A stretch of DNA of 64,000 bases. Origin: Octopus vulgaris (taxonomy: Eukaryota). The stretch is from NCBI GenBank assembly GCA_951406725.2, contig OX597823.1, positions 86,428,001 through 86,492,000 on the forward strand. Reading direction: 5' to 3'. Shown here piece after piece: positions 14,690 to 29,351 of this stretch. The translations under genes and the position numbers were made by a program. The notes under the pieces are model-generated. The model ran no database searches. It saw nothing but the letters and a program-made list of their open reading frames with translations, and was not told the origin of the DNA. How positions within the stretch are numbered: position 1 is the first letter of the stretch; the number at the start of each line of letters is the position of its first letter.

Positions 14690-15248
14690 TCACATCGACC
14701 CCAGTACGGAACTGGTACTTAATTTATCGACCCCGAAAGGATGAAAGGCAAAGTTAACTTTTACTAAATTTTAACTCATAACGTAAAGACAAACGAAATA
14801 CCGCCAAGCATTTTTCCCGGCTTGCTAACGTTTCTTATTTTTTATTGCCTACATGGGGCTAAACATAGAGAGGACAAACAAAGACAGACAAAGGGATTAA
14901 GTCGATTACATCGACCCTAGAGCCTAACTGGTACTTAATTTATCGATCCTAAAAGGATGAAAGGCAAAGATGACCTCGGCGCAATTTGAACTCAGAACGT
15001 AACGGCAGACGAAATACCTATTTCTTTACTACCCACACGGTGCTGAACACAGAGGGGACAAACAAGGACAGACAAACGGATTAAGTCGATTATATCGACA
15101 CCTGTGCGTAACTTGTACTTAATTTATCGACCCCGAAATGATGAAAGGCAAAGTCGACCTCGGCGGAATTTGCACTCAGAACGTAGCGGCAGACGAAATA
15201 CCACTAAGCATTTCGTTCAACGTGCTAATATTTCTACCAGCTCGCCAC
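14690..15248 (-). mobile_element. SINE family A multimer
   Basis: Three reverse-complement units of the same consensus. Confidence 0.85.
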
Positions 15249-16859
15249 CATATGTGTGAGTAAATATTAAACCAAAGACCAGAAAGTTTGGTTTATCTTT
15301 TAGTAAAAATAAAATGCAAAGAATGCTCTGATAAAAATTGAACTCAGAACGTAAGGGCGTGACGAAATACCGTGAGGCATTTTTTGTTCGTCACTAATGA
15401 TTCTGCCATCTGCTCTCTTCCAAATGAAAATATATGAATGAAAAAAAAATTGTGCTGCTTTGTGAAGAAAACCATCAACACGAGCAAACAAGCATGGCCC
15501 ATTGTTCTCACATAAGGCTACATTGTTACGTTCTAATCAACAGTTACCTATCTATTAAATGATACAAAAGCTTCTTGTTTAACACCAATGAGAAGGTAAC
15601 CTCAATACTGATATTAAGGTTTGTTTATTTTATAATGCTCGTTTTTTATTTTTCTTTCTGTTACAGTTGTAGTCCAGTTGTAACCTCTTTGTTAGAGAAC
15701 AAAACTTTTGCTCCGCTAACCCCTCAATTACAACTCATTTTATTTTCCCCTCTTTTTTTTTACTTATTATTATTTCGAACACAAATTCAAACCCTCCATA
15801 TGTTCCCTCCAACTTCGTTTATACATAGTTTCTCACTTGTTCTCTCCTTTATCCCCTACACTCTTTAAATCGCCCCCTCTTTTTAAATATTTTTGTGTGT
15901 TTGTACGTTTATTTTTAAGCCCTCTTTCACTACTCTTGTGACCAATAAAGATATCATTATCTTATTATCATTATTTTATTATTATTGTGAAATAATATTC
16001 ATTTCCTGCCATTAATAATATTTTCATTTGAAATGAATTTCATTTTCTTGCATTGACCTGGTTAAAAAATAACATACTTGACAATATGTCTTGTATTTAT
16101 TGTAATTATTTATGTATTAGTATCATCCTGAACATATGTGTATGCAGGTATATGTATTATGGGGGTGTTTGTATACAACAATCATAGTGTTAAGACAAAC
16201 AACAGAGGCGGGTGGCACAGAAATTGATATCACAAGTGCAGCTGCCGGGAGACGTGTGCATATTTTTGTCAATGAGGTATAAGTTTAAAAAAAAAACCTT
16301 TCTATGATTTATTACCAAGTCAAAGGAAACAAAGGGGAATAAACGACTTATCTTTCAACGAAACTCTCTATCACAAATGGAAGGGATTCGTTTCTGCTTG
16401 TTTGCGTTGTCTTTTTATATTTCTTCTATATTTGTTTGGTTGTTAGAAGGGCTGGTTTGATATTTGAATAAATATAATAAAAATTGATATTTGGCGGGAT
16501 GTATAATCCTTATTTTGATCACGTACAATTAATAAACTCTCACCCTATCAGTAGCACTATTGATTTCGAGAGTGATACCTTTTGTAGAGGCCTTAACAAA
16601 TGTAACAGATATATATCTACAGCAGACAGCCGAAAAGTTAAGAACAGCCTATTCATCAAGAACTTACAATCAGTTACACGTTATTGACAACAAAGTTGTC
16701 GGTATACTCAGAAAGTATTTGGCTATCTGATAACTTCGATCGTTTTTTTTTCTCCATTTATTTTTCTCCTTACATTTCGTCAACAAATCAGTCAGTAGTA
16801 TATTATCCTTCATTGTTTAGGACTTCTTACAATGTTCCTCTTGCTTGTCAATATCTTGC

Positions 16860-17520
16860 CGCCAAATATCACCAGTTTTTGAATCAAAGAATTCATAGAA
16901 CCACGTTTTCAATTCCACGTCTTTGTTGAACTGAACGCTTCACAATGTTGACGAGCTACCCAAAGAGGCGATAATCAGAAGGTGCTATTTCGCGTGAATA
17001 TGGTGGGTCTGTTAGACCTTCACATCCGAGTCCTCGAATAGCATGTATTTCTTAGTCAATTTAACTATGTGGGGGCGACCATTGTCGTGTTGAAGACGCA
17101 CACCTTTGCCGGTTCGGTCGTTTGAGCAAGTTGCCTCTTTGAGCTGGTGCATTTGATGGACGTAGGGTTCTGCATTGAACGTAAAGTTGTGGATAGATTC
17201 TTCGCAGTCCCTGCAAATGAAGATCATGGTTTTGCGCAGATGCAACTCTGACTGTGGTCGAGGTGTTGCTTGCTTGATAGTAGGACTCAAATATTTTTTC
17301 CTCTGCCTAGTATTGACATAAAGGCACTATTTTTCATTGCCGGTGACTATTCGGTCGCGAAACTTATGTTTGTATCCACGAGTAGCTAAGTTTCCAGCGT
17401 GGAAGCTGGCGGTAATTGAAGAGAGCTGAAATTTGTCTTCTTTCTTCAGAGCGTGTGATACCCATGCACAGTTTTTGGACCTTACTCATCAAGGGTAGCT
17501 GATGGGTGACGGTTTTAAGA
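16860..17520 (-). pseudogene. Decayed mariner transposase
   Basis: Minus strand: RIVTGNEK*CLYVN, GVRLQHDNGRPH and PPYSREIAPSDYRLF, matching mariner IVTGDEKW, HDNARPH and PYSPDLAPSDYHLF. Confidence 0.85.
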
Positions 17521-17589
17521 GAGGATTCCATCTACCGGGTCAATTTCCTAGTAGATTGGCACGGATTTTCATTCATTGGCTGCTGTTTC

Positions 17590-17634
<45 letters not shown>

Positions 17635-18618
17635 CATATAGCTACAGTTAGCGCGAGGAAAACAAAATATACATTACCTGGAATCGGTTTGAGAGCAAGC
17701 TCACTCAGCAATTCAATTTGCTACACATTGATACAGTAGCCATCAGCGAGGGAAGAATTTCAAGAATGCAAGAAGTCTCCCCACGTTTGATGATTGCATA
17801 TTATGGTCTGTTTGGATCGGGGAGTGCTGTTCCAGAAAGACTTGGAACACGAGTTTCATGGATTCTGTCAATAAGAGTGCGTTTAAAGGATGTGAGCGAC
17901 ATCAAAGCAATAATTAGAGAATAGTAGCAATCAATACCTTGACCACTGTAGGACGGGCTGAATTTCTTGAGGCGTCTTGACATTTTCTAGGAATGTTCTG
18001 TTTTCAAGCTTCAGCTAAGGATTGGAATTCCATTTTAGACGCATGATGGGAATATGTATGGTTAACTTATACACATTTTCAGCTTCGCTGACAAGTATCT
18101 AAATAGTTTCCTGAATATACCAATGTGATCATGCAATCACCATAACGGATCGTCTAGACAGTATATGGTTGTTTTCATTACTTAGTGGATAGATGTCCGC
18201 TATTGCAACTGGCCGGTCACAGAATACAAATTTGAGTTGCAGGACAGGATTTGAATCACTGAACACTGAGTACGCCATGGCTATAAAAACCAGATTAGTA
18301 ATCCAGTTAAGCGACAGTTGGCATCAGCAATCTCAGCAGACGGTGGGGTGGTGCTATCAACAGGGGATGTAGAGGGGGAATCGATAGCATTTAGCAAAGA
18401 ACTAGTAACAGAACAGTTTTCGTGAATATGGTGGATACGACTTTCATGCCAAATCACTGGCAAAGATCCTTGCACCACCTTCTTTTGATCAGGAAGTGCA
18501 AGCAAAAATCCGTCCAGTTGCTATAGCGAAGGAAACTGTGAGGGAGATGAGATCGATAGAAATAAAGACACACTTAACTCTTCAGCCAAACTACAAGGAG
18601 TGGAAGGTATGGTGAGAG

Positions 18619-18649
<31 letters not shown>

Positions 18650-18986
18650 GTTGAATTTTTTTAAATGTAGGTGTGAACAACAAATGCAGTTCGTGTGAAT
18701 GGCCTACACTACACATGCTGCTGCACACCGAGAAACGAAAAATGTGGAAGGACACTTGCTTTGTGTTGTCAAAGTTATTGACTGGCGAAGAGAGGGGTTT
18801 TCTTTCATGAGATCTAAGTAGCTATCTCCCTTATTAGGGAATATTTCTTGGAGTATGTATTTTTATCTTCTTTTTACACGCCATAACCAACCTCTCACAC
18901 TGTTTCTATTTTGTTCTGGTGTACCGTTTTTGTTTTCTTTGAACCCCTGTGACTCTTAAAAAAATATCATCCTTCTTCTTTATCAA

Positions 18987-19435
18987 TCGGCGAGATGACA
19001 GAAACGTTAGCACGCGGGGCAAAATGCTTAGCGGTATTTCGTCTGCCGCTACGTTCTGAGTTCAAATTCCGCCGAGGTCGACTTTGCCTTTCATCCTTTC
19101 GAGGTCGATTAAATAAGTACCAGTTACGCACTGGGGTCGATATAATCGACTTAATCCGTTTATATCGACCCCAGTGCGTAACTGGTACTTATCTAATCGA
19201 CTTAATCCGTTTGTCTCTCCTTGTTTGTCCCTTCTGTGTTTAGCCCCTTGTGGGTAGTAAAGAATTAGGTATTTCGTCTGTGTTTATGTTCTGAGTTCAA
19301 ATTCCAACGAGGTCGACTTTGCCTTTAATCCTTTCGGGGTCGATAAATTAAGTACCAGTTGCGTACTCGAGTCGATCTAATCGACTGGCACATCCCCCAA
19401 AATTTAGGGCCTTATACCTAGAGTAGAAAAGAATA
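18987..19435 (+). mobile_element. SINE family A dimer with an internal inversion
   Basis: Same consensus; 19161-19192 is an inverted copy of 19113-19145. Confidence 0.85.
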
Positions 19436-20831
19436 TTATTAAGTCGGCGAGTTGACAGAATCGTTAGCGCATCGAATAAAGTGTTAAAAGCATTTCTTTC
19501 GGCTCTTTACATTCTGTGTCCAAATACCGCCGGGATCAACTTTGCTTTTCATTCCTCCGAGGTCAATAAAATAAAGAACCAGTCAAGTGCTTTGGTCGGT
19601 GTAATTAAGTACGCTCCTCCCACTCAAATCTTCTGTCCTTGTATCACATTCGAAAGAATTTTTATCTATAAGGCTGAGTCGTTGTCAAAGTTAAGTCATT
19701 ACATTTAGAGATGCACTAGACGACTTTCCTATAAATAAATTATGTTAATTACCGCTAGACCTCATTTAACCACGGTGTTGTAGTCTAAAATAATATTTGT
19801 TAAGACAATAGTTGAAGATAATATGAGATACAGGTGCGAATAATTTTAGTGCAACTTGTATGAGAAAGTGTGTAAATCAGATAATTCTTTTCAGTTCTTC
19901 AGTTACATTGCGTGCCGTAAACCCGCTGGCATCCTGCTGGAATATGAACGAATTTTGAGTGATAGGTGTCAAGCGTTGAAAATAACCAAAAGTTAAATTA
20001 ATAGGATTAATTAATTCAGAAAAAAAAAAGATAACAAATATGTAGGATATAAAATATAAAAAAATATAAAAACTGAAACAGGAAGTGTGTGAAATAATGC
20101 GTTTTTAAGGAGAGCGAGAAGAAAGCGAAGAGAATGAAGAGTGAGAAACTGGTTAGATGAAAGTAATAAAATACAATATATGAACGGAGATAGTGAGAAT
20201 GAGAAAGAAAATCTTTTTTTAATAGTGAGAGAATGTCCAACAATAGGAAAAATGAAATAACAAAGCTGACTTCCAATGTGTAATGACATAAAATATCTAA
20301 ATACTAATTCTAAAAGAACAACATGCATTTCTTTAAGGAAACTTATTCTTCTTACTATATTCTCACACCCATTTCGTTCAGCTTTTTTCTTCTCTTTACG
20401 TATATTTTTCTTTGCAAGTTTCCCATATCTGTCAGCGTAGGAAAGGATTCGAAAAGAGACAAAGAGAGAGTAATATTTGCGAGGAACTGTGTAGGATATT
20501 GAAAGGAGTATAGAAAGAAAAATTAAAATAAATTAATGAGAACTTCACATTCACAATAGAACCAACAAAAGGTAAATGATCTAACTAAAGAAGAACCAAC
20601 TAGAAAGAGAATTATATCTGTAAGGGCGTGAGAGATGTATATGTATCGTTTTTATGTTTCCACTTGTAGTAGCTCATTTATGTTCATATTTATTCTTTTC
20701 ACGAACTTCTGTGGTTTCTTTGACATTGAGTGGACGAAGATAAAACTATATTCTGGATACTCTTTTAGCTGGTGCCTCTTCTGAGTGTCTTAAACTACTT
20801 GATAGAATTCAGAATCGAGTTTTTAACATAA

Positions 20832-21221
20832 CTAGCAGTATCGCCCGGCATCGCTCGCGTTTGTTTCGACCCTTTAGAATTGGAATTTTTGAAAAGTAAA
20901 AATTTTCCATTATGTAGCTTGTTATTCTCTTTAAGTGAACATTTTTCTGGTTGAAATACACCGAAAAATGGCGACACAGCAGTAACAAAAATCGTAAAAA
21001 AATAAGGAATTTCATAGACAAAAAACACTATTTTGATGTAAATAATTTTTGCTGTTAACATGGTCCGATTTTAATTTTTTCTTCTACGGAAGTAAGAACA
21101 AGCCTTTTTCTATCATACAATTTTGGTCAACTTGTGCCGCAGGGTCTCGGAGGTGATAGCGTTAGTTGAAGGCTACCAAACCTGCCATACACAGACAACT
21201 TCAGCTTTATATATAGAGAGA
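20832..21221 (-). mobile_element. Non-autonomous Helitron, same family as 11534-11919
   Basis: Colinear copy with the same TC and CTAG termini. Confidence 0.85.
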
Positions 21222-21629
21222 TTGATTTCCTTTCATTCTACTAGGCTGGAGTCAATCGCTCATCGTTGAAATGTGTCTTAGTATTTTTTCTATAAGTATA
21301 TCTATGGGCATTGATAAACTTTCTAGTCTAGGATCCATACGTGGTGAGTCCTTCTTTCTACTAAGATGGAGTCTTTGGCGCATCGTTGAAATGTCTCTTC
21401 ATTGTGTCTGTTTTACGAGTATTTCCATGATCAAGGCGCTGAACTTTCTGATTAATACTATCACAATGACATTCGTCGATTTCACTGAGTCTACGCCTTT
21501 GAAAGCATTCAGGACATATCTGGCTCTGAGAATCGCTTCCCCCCCCCTTTCTATCAGTCACAGAGGTCTTGTAAATAAATGCTCATGAACTCAAATCTTC
21601 CTCGGTTGATTAGCCTATATATATATATA

Positions 21630-21741
<112 letters not shown>

Positions 21742-22215
21742 TATACATGGAGAATGCCACATCACAGACTAAAATCTAAAATGGAGAACAAATTTCTGAA
21801 ATTGAATTAATGCTCCTTAGAGATCAGAGTAATTAAAAAATTCTGACTGGTCTCTCTTTTTTCTTATGTTTAGGCGTTGGCGAAAATATTACGAAGTAGG
21901 GAAATTTTCTGTTGTTGTCACTGTTTTTAAAATATTTAAATTAAGTGAAACATTTCAAATTTGGTATATCGATGTAATTTTCATGTAAAGTATGATTTTG
22001 TTATTCACTTGTTCTTGAATAATTTTAGGAAAAATATTAGAGGTTTGAAGTTTGATAAAATTTATTCAATTAGAAAACAGCATTTATAAGCTGATCTTTT
22101 CTCCGCCATATCTGTCTGTCACAAAATGAAGGCAAAAACACTATGACAACGATGAAATTTGTAAGAAGTTTTGAGGTTTTAATGAATAGTCATGTGAAAC
22201 GGTGGAACAGGCATT

Positions 22216-22441
22216 TTCTCTTTTACTTGATTCAGTCATTTGACTGCGGCTATGCTGGAGCACCGTCTTTAAACGAGCTAATCAACCCCAGGACTTATTC
22301 TTTGTAAGCCTAGTACTTATTCTATCGGTCTCTTTTGCCGAACCGCTAACTTACGGGGACGTAAACACACCAGCATCAGTTGTCAAGCGATGTTGGGGGC
22401 GGGGGGCAAACACAGACACACAAACATACACACAGACACAG

Positions 22442-22478
<37 letters not shown>

Positions 22479-22652
22479 CATACATGCGACGGGCTTTTTT
22501 CTGTTTCCGTCTACCAAATCCACTCACAAACCTTTGGTCGACCCGAGGCTATAGTAGAAATCACAATTGCCCAAGGTGCAACGCAGTGGGGCTGAACCCG
22601 GAACCATGTGGTTCGTAAGCAAGCTACTTACAACACAGCCACTCCTAAGCCT
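22216..22652 (-). mobile_element. SINE family B
   Basis: Full-length reverse-complement match. Confidence 0.85.
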
Positions 22653-23825
22653 GTAAACAATTTAAAAAGAGAAATCCTCAATGAATTGTTTTTTTTTTCG
22701 AAACATTACAAAAACTAAAACAAAAAAAAAAACCCTGTATGCTATACTAATGTAGTAATAGTTTAAATCACGTCAACATTTAATAAATTTTTAGCAGTGA
22801 AAATACAAAAACGAAAGGTTGAAATGCAATAGGAGCTTCTTAATTCATAGCCTAGTATCTTAAAAGAAGAAAACTGAATAATGCAGTGCAAAATACGATA
22901 TTGGGAAAAGATGAAATGGGCACGAATGGAACGAACGCTTCACATCTTAGGTTTGCTATACTGGAGTTGGCTTCAGCTTAAGCAACAACAACGGCCTCTC
23001 ATGATTATATCATTTATTTGAATGGCTGTATGGTTAAGAAATTCGCTTTGCAACCACATGGTTTCAGGTTCGATCCCAGTGCATGGCACCTTGGGCAACT
23101 GACCGATCAATGCCCTGTGAGTGAACGTGACTGATGGAAACACCATAGAAGCCCATCGCGCGGGCGTTTTGCGCATGTGCCCCCTCTCCCTACACCGCTT
23201 GATAACTAGTTTGTTTGTTTATGTCTGACTTTAAAAAAGTATTGGGGTTTCGACAAGGCCCTCCTAGGCTTTGCTCCACATGACCACAGTCTGATGACTG
23301 AAACGAGTTACAAACAAAAGTATGCTGTTTATTTTTTTGTTTTTTTAACTGATCAACGCTGAAATGGTTCGTTTCTTCAAATACTATTTCAACGAAAATA
23401 AAAACCGATTTCGACCAAGAATTGAAACCGTGACTGACAGCAGCTTGCCAGAGTTGAAAAAGAATTGTTGTATCAACACTCCCTCCATTACCCTATCACC
23501 AATTCCCGAAACCCTCCCCTACCCCGTCCGAGACCTAATTATTAATATGCATAAGCGATAAGGTTGGAACTGTGTGATTGCTCAGCTGGTAGACAGACAT
23601 ATTTCGCTTACATACAACAAGCCAAGTTAACAACAGGGAGATTGAATGGTTTCTCGACTTCAGCATCGCACTATTGTGCTAAGATATATTGACATTACTG
23701 GAAAAGAATGGGGAAAATTTATTTAAAAGAAAAAAAATAGAAAGATTACCGAATAGAACACGAACAATATGTAGAAGAAATGCTGAATGTGAATCAGATA
23801 TATTTGTATTAAAGAAAGCGGATAG

Positions 23826-23878
<53 letters not shown>

Positions 23879-25045
23879 TGTACAGACACACATGTACATA
23901 TGTATGTAAAGGAAAGAGATCAGATAATATTTAGTAATATAAAATAAAAATTATAATAAAGAACATAGCTACTGTAGAGAAAAGTTTTGTATTATAAAAG
24001 TATTCACGCCAAAAGAAGAAATAAAAATAATAATAATAATAATAGAAACAGGAGAGTAGTAATAGTAGCAATTTAAGGGTATACATAGAATGTGTTCAAT
24101 ACGCTGGACTAATGACCCGTACACTAGTCAATAAGGCAGATTCTTTTCTCTGCATTATTTTCTTTTGTTGACTAGCCATACTGCCAATGGCAGTCCGTTT
24201 TAAAAACCACGCATTTACAATATTGTCTGGACAATAGCTGCGATGAAGTGGCGATGAGGCGTGTCCAACACAGTATGAAGCTTTCAGTGAAAATCCACAA
24301 TGCCCGACATAGGCATATGTTTCTCTGCTCAACTCTAATGTTGCTTTGCCATCGACTTTTACGCACAAACACGTCTTTATAGATGCCTTTTACGCACCTT
24401 ATTTGAAATCAATGCATCTTTCATTTAGTTACTGAATAAAACTTCGTTAAATGGAAGAAAGTGAAATGGAAAATGATATTAAAGGAAATAGTGACTATAA
24501 GACACGGTGAATAAAGAAAAAGGGGAAATCCTGGAATGAAAGTTTTAGAGAAACATTTTAAGCGCTGTCTCTTTTGTGACATGTTATTATTGTCGGAAAA
24601 GTATTTCGGTGATATTTCTACGGTGTCTTTAAATTCTGATTTCAAATTCCACGAGAGGTGAAATTCGTCATTATCCCCTCCAGGGTCGATAAAATGCAGT
24701 ACCAGTAGAACATAGGGGGTTGATGGTTCCAACTAAGCCTTTCTTCTACCTGAACTTTTATCTCGGCTGCTGCTGCTGCTATTACTGGTGGATTGATAGA
24801 ATCACTAGAGTGTCGGATAAAATTACTTTGCATTTCTTTTTCCCGCCCTTGACGTTCCGAGTTAAAATTTCGTCGAGGTCAACTTTACCTTTTATCCTTC
24901 CGGGATTCATAAAACAAAGTATTAATGAACTATTGGGGTCGAAGGACTTGACTAGAGCCTTCCCCCCACCCACCCCCCAAAACTGCTGGCCTAGTGGTCA
25001 TGGGTTGGCAGAATTTTGTCAGTTAGATTGACAGAATCTTGTCAG

Positions 25046-25452
25046 AAGGCGGCGAGCTGGCAGAAACGTTAGCACGCCGGGCGAAATGCTTAGTGGTATT
25101 TCGTCAGCCGCTACGTTCTGAGTTCAAATTCCGCCGAGGTCGACTTTGCCTTTCATCCTTTCGGGGTCGATTAAACAAGTACCAATTACGCACTGGGGTC
25201 GATATAATCGACTTAATCCGTTTGTCTGTCCTTGTTTATCCCCTCTGTGTTTAGCCCCTTGTGGGTAGTAAACAAATAGGTATTTCGTCTGCCGCTACGT
25301 CCTGAGTTCAAATTCCACCGAGGTCGACTTTGCCTTTCATCCTTTCGGGGTCGATTAAATAAGTACCAGTTACGCACTGGGATCGATATAATCGACGTAA
25401 TATTCTTGTTTGTCCCCTTTATCTTTAGCCCTTTGTGATCAATAAAGAAATA
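25046..25452 (+). mobile_element. SINE family A dimer with a 13-bp TSD
   Basis: TSD AGAATCTTGTCAG at 25033-25045 and 25453-25465. Confidence 0.9.
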
Positions 25453-26926
25453 AGAATCTTGTCAGTCAGAATCCGGCTCTTTCGTTCTAAGATCAAACCC
25501 CGCCGAGACCAACTTTGTCTTTTATCCCCCCACATACACACACCGCGGGTAGACAAAGTAAGGTGCCAATTATTAACAAGAGTCGATGTAATCAACAAAC
25601 CCCCTTCCCAACGAAAGTCCTAGCTTTGTGCCTAGATGTTAAATAGGCAGTAATGTGGCAGACGAAAACGGGGAGCTACCAGAATGGTTAGTGCGTCGAA
25701 CAAAATTGCTAGTAACATTTCTTCTGGCCTTTACCTTTTTAATTCAAATATCACCAAAGATAAATTGCAATTCATTTATTCGGAATCGAGGAAATTAATT
25801 CCGAACACGAGTCAGAGACAGTCCTATCAAATACTTTAATTGGTAGAGAGAAGATATGTAGCAGTACATGTGACATTTTAAAAAACAGATAATTCGACAG
25901 AAGTCCGAGCCAAGCTAGTACTCTATGAAGCTCCTTACAAGCCGTTTCCGTCGTACCTGTGTAGGAGAACAGCAAGAGTCACCACCAGGAACATCGGTCA
26001 AGGTGTCACTCCTGGCTACAAGTGACTTTAGTGACAGAAACACGCATATGGTCAGTGATGATGTAAAATTTGGTGAGATGTTGTTGAGTGGAGTCTCTAT
26101 GGACATACCAGTTCTCTCGATCCCGCATCACCACAAAACAATAACAGAGCTGTGCCTGTATCAAACTTAGACGACCAAGCTGTTACATATGGTGAAAGAA
26201 AACTCATCAGAAAGGTTTTGTTATTGAGAATCCAGAAGAAGAAAAGCAACAAAAGATCATAGAGGTGGTTGGTCCTAGAACAGCAAGGTGCAAATTGTGA
26301 GCCAGCAAATGCAATTACCTTGCTCTCGTTTCCAGAAAAGAGTCATCAGACAAACAAGTCCCGTCTGGCAGCCACAATCAATGAAATACAATGAGAGTCA
26401 ACTATAGCAAGAACCACGAGAGATAACATGAAAAATATCAGTAAGTACATTGTCATAACGTTTATGAGAATGGGGGCCTAATAAAATATACTGAAGATGA
26501 TCAGAATAAAACAAGAGAACAGAAATAAAGGAGAAATCGAAAGAAGGCTATGAAATGCGAATAATTGGAATACACCTCCTGCGAAGAAGAAACTCTCTCC
26601 CGTATCTTATGAAGGCGAACAAGTGTTCAATTAAGTGGAACCATCATTCTGACCTGGACAAACATTAATAAAAATGACGAGGTTTTAATAACACTCTTAT
26701 ACAATATACACAGGAAATATCCAGACGAAGTATGGATGGAGAAGGAGGGAATAAAAGTTCAAATCCCAGATAGACCATACGATCCAGAAGACGTGAACCG
26801 TCATTGGCCTAATATTACGCTAGAAGTTCTCACGGAATAATTTAGAATTGCAAGAGAACATAACATTAGAAAAGTAGATTGTATTTTTATAAGGGCAGTG
26901 GAGCAACTTAATCAATGCAAGTGTTA

Positions 26927-26985
<59 letters not shown>

Positions 26986-27004
26986 TGTTTCAATAGTGCG
27001 TTAT

Positions 27005-27412
27005 ACTCTCTTTTACTCGTTTACTCTTTTACTTGCTTCAGTCATTTGACTGCGGCCATGCAGGAGCACCGCCTTTAGTCGACTAAATCGAGCCCAGGAC
27101 TTATTCTCTGTAAGCTTAGTACTTATTCTATCGGTGTCTTTTGCCGAAGCGCTAAGTTACGAGGAAGTAAACACAACGTCATCGGATGTCAAGCGATGTT
27201 AGGGGACAAACAAAGACATATACACACACATAATATTTATGCATATATACGACGGGCTTCTTTCCGTTTCCGTCTACCAAATCCACTCACAACGCTTTGA
27301 TCGGCCCGAGGCTATAGTAGAAAACACTTGCCCAAGGTGCCACGCAGTGGGACTGAACCCGGGACCATGTGGTTGGTCAGCAAGCTACTTACCACTCAGC
27401 CACTCCTACACC
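27005..27412 (-). mobile_element. SINE family B
   Basis: Full-length reverse-complement match. Confidence 0.85.
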
Positions 27413-29127
27413 TATATCAGACTTTTAAAATATGTTTCCACGAGAACGTCTATATTTTTTAAAATTCGTTCTATTACATATTTCCCAACGTTTTCACCCA
27501 TATCGTCGTCTTTGTATATCTTCTCTGTCCACGATCACACATCTTCGTAAACCACTTTCCAAAATTTCTCTAATAATATCTGCTACATAATAATTACCAC
27601 TCTTCATTTTGGATTAAACTTCTATCTTACACATATGCAAATTCCACCCAGCTGTCACCCAATATATGATTATATCTTATTTCCGTACCACTTATCCTAT
27701 ATTAAGTACAATCTCACTATATATATATCAACTGATCTTCATTATTATTTTCATTGATAATTCAATTCAACATGCCAAAGTTTATACTTGAATTTTGAAA
27801 GTCCTTCTTTGAGTTACAGGTTGGGTTATTTTTCTAAAGGACCGAAAGACACGAGTGTATATAAGTCTCTTTTTCCATCCGATGATCTCCAAAAGAAAGG
27901 CAAATTCTGATTCCGGTTAGTGTCAGTTTTGTTACAGAAATCGAAAGTAGAATAATTATGTTTTCAGATTCCTGGTACAAGGAAGCGATTTCAGGTGAGG
28001 GGAAAGCAGATTACATTGTCTCCCGTGATCAGCTGGTATATATTTTACCATCTCCGAGATAATGAAAAGCGGAATTTGAACTCAAAATGTAAAGATAGAT
28101 GAAATACCGCTAAGCATTTTGACTGGCGTTCTAACGTTTCTGCCAGATCACGGCCTCTTTAGGTTGAATAATATTAAGAGCCAGAATAAGGCAGTGCACC
28201 GGCAGAACATCTAGCGCGTTGGCCTTAATCCTTAGCGACATTCTTTCAGGCTCGATATGTTATAGGTTCACCAGTTAAGTATGGGGCCGGTGTAATCGAC
28301 TGTCATCCACCCAATGAAATAGCTCGCTTTTTACAAGAATTTGAAAGGATATTAAGAACCAGCTTTCTACAGCAAAACTACAGAGCAAATGCTTTCTCCA
28401 TTCAGCCATTTCAAAGACATAGAATTGTATTTTACTTGACATCTGTAAGAATGAGCATCAAACTCGACCATTGAGATTTGAACACCAGAAACCAGAGCAA
28501 TACTAATACCACAAAATATTTTATTCAATGACCTGTTTCTGCGAATTTACTGCATATAAACATACATGTACACACACACACACACACACACACACACGTA
28601 CATGAGAGAGGGAGACGGAGAGAGAGAGAGAAAGTAAAATAGCCTTTCTGCAATAGGCACAAGGCCTTAAATTTGAACAATTATGAAGGTCTTTTTACAA
28701 GAACCCATTGAATGCCTTGATAACCAACAAATAAAGCGTGTTTTATGTATATATATATAAAGATGTGGTCGTATGTCGATGTGTGTGCCTATAGTAAGAA
28801 ATAATACATTTGGTTGGCTAATAGAGTCCAGAGCATGCACACCTAAAACAATAGCGAAAAAGTCCCACCCATCCCATTCCAGTTTGGAAAAGCGGACGAA
28901 AAAACGATGTTGACGACGAAGGTATTTACATATTGGAAACTGGAAGTGTCACTGAGCAGTGGAATCTTTTAACTGACTGAAGTCTTTCCGAGTAGTTCGT
29001 GAGACCATTGCTGAATATGAGGTGTTGAAACAGCTGAAGCCTACAATATATTCAGCTGTCGAAATATATAGAGTTTTCTCTTTTTAAATTGAGTAGCGCA
29101 TGCAAGAGCTCCACTTTCACAGACACA

Positions 29128-29174
<47 letters not shown>

Positions 29175-29284
29175 ACACACACATATGTGCGTTTATATAT
29201 ATACATACATACATAGATATACCCATATATACATATATGCAGACACACAAACTCGTAGATAATTACACATACACATGTATATAT

Positions 29285-29351
<67 letters not shown>

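Noticed and set aside
17760-18560. Possible LINE or LTR coding remnants (also 25870-26920 and 59290-59830)
   Set aside because: Only vague motif resemblance; too degenerate to assign without a search.
23285-23310. CTGATGACTGAAAC hammerhead-like string
   Set aside because: A mutated SINE B tail hairpin (CAGTCAAATGACTGAAAC) with no helix II.
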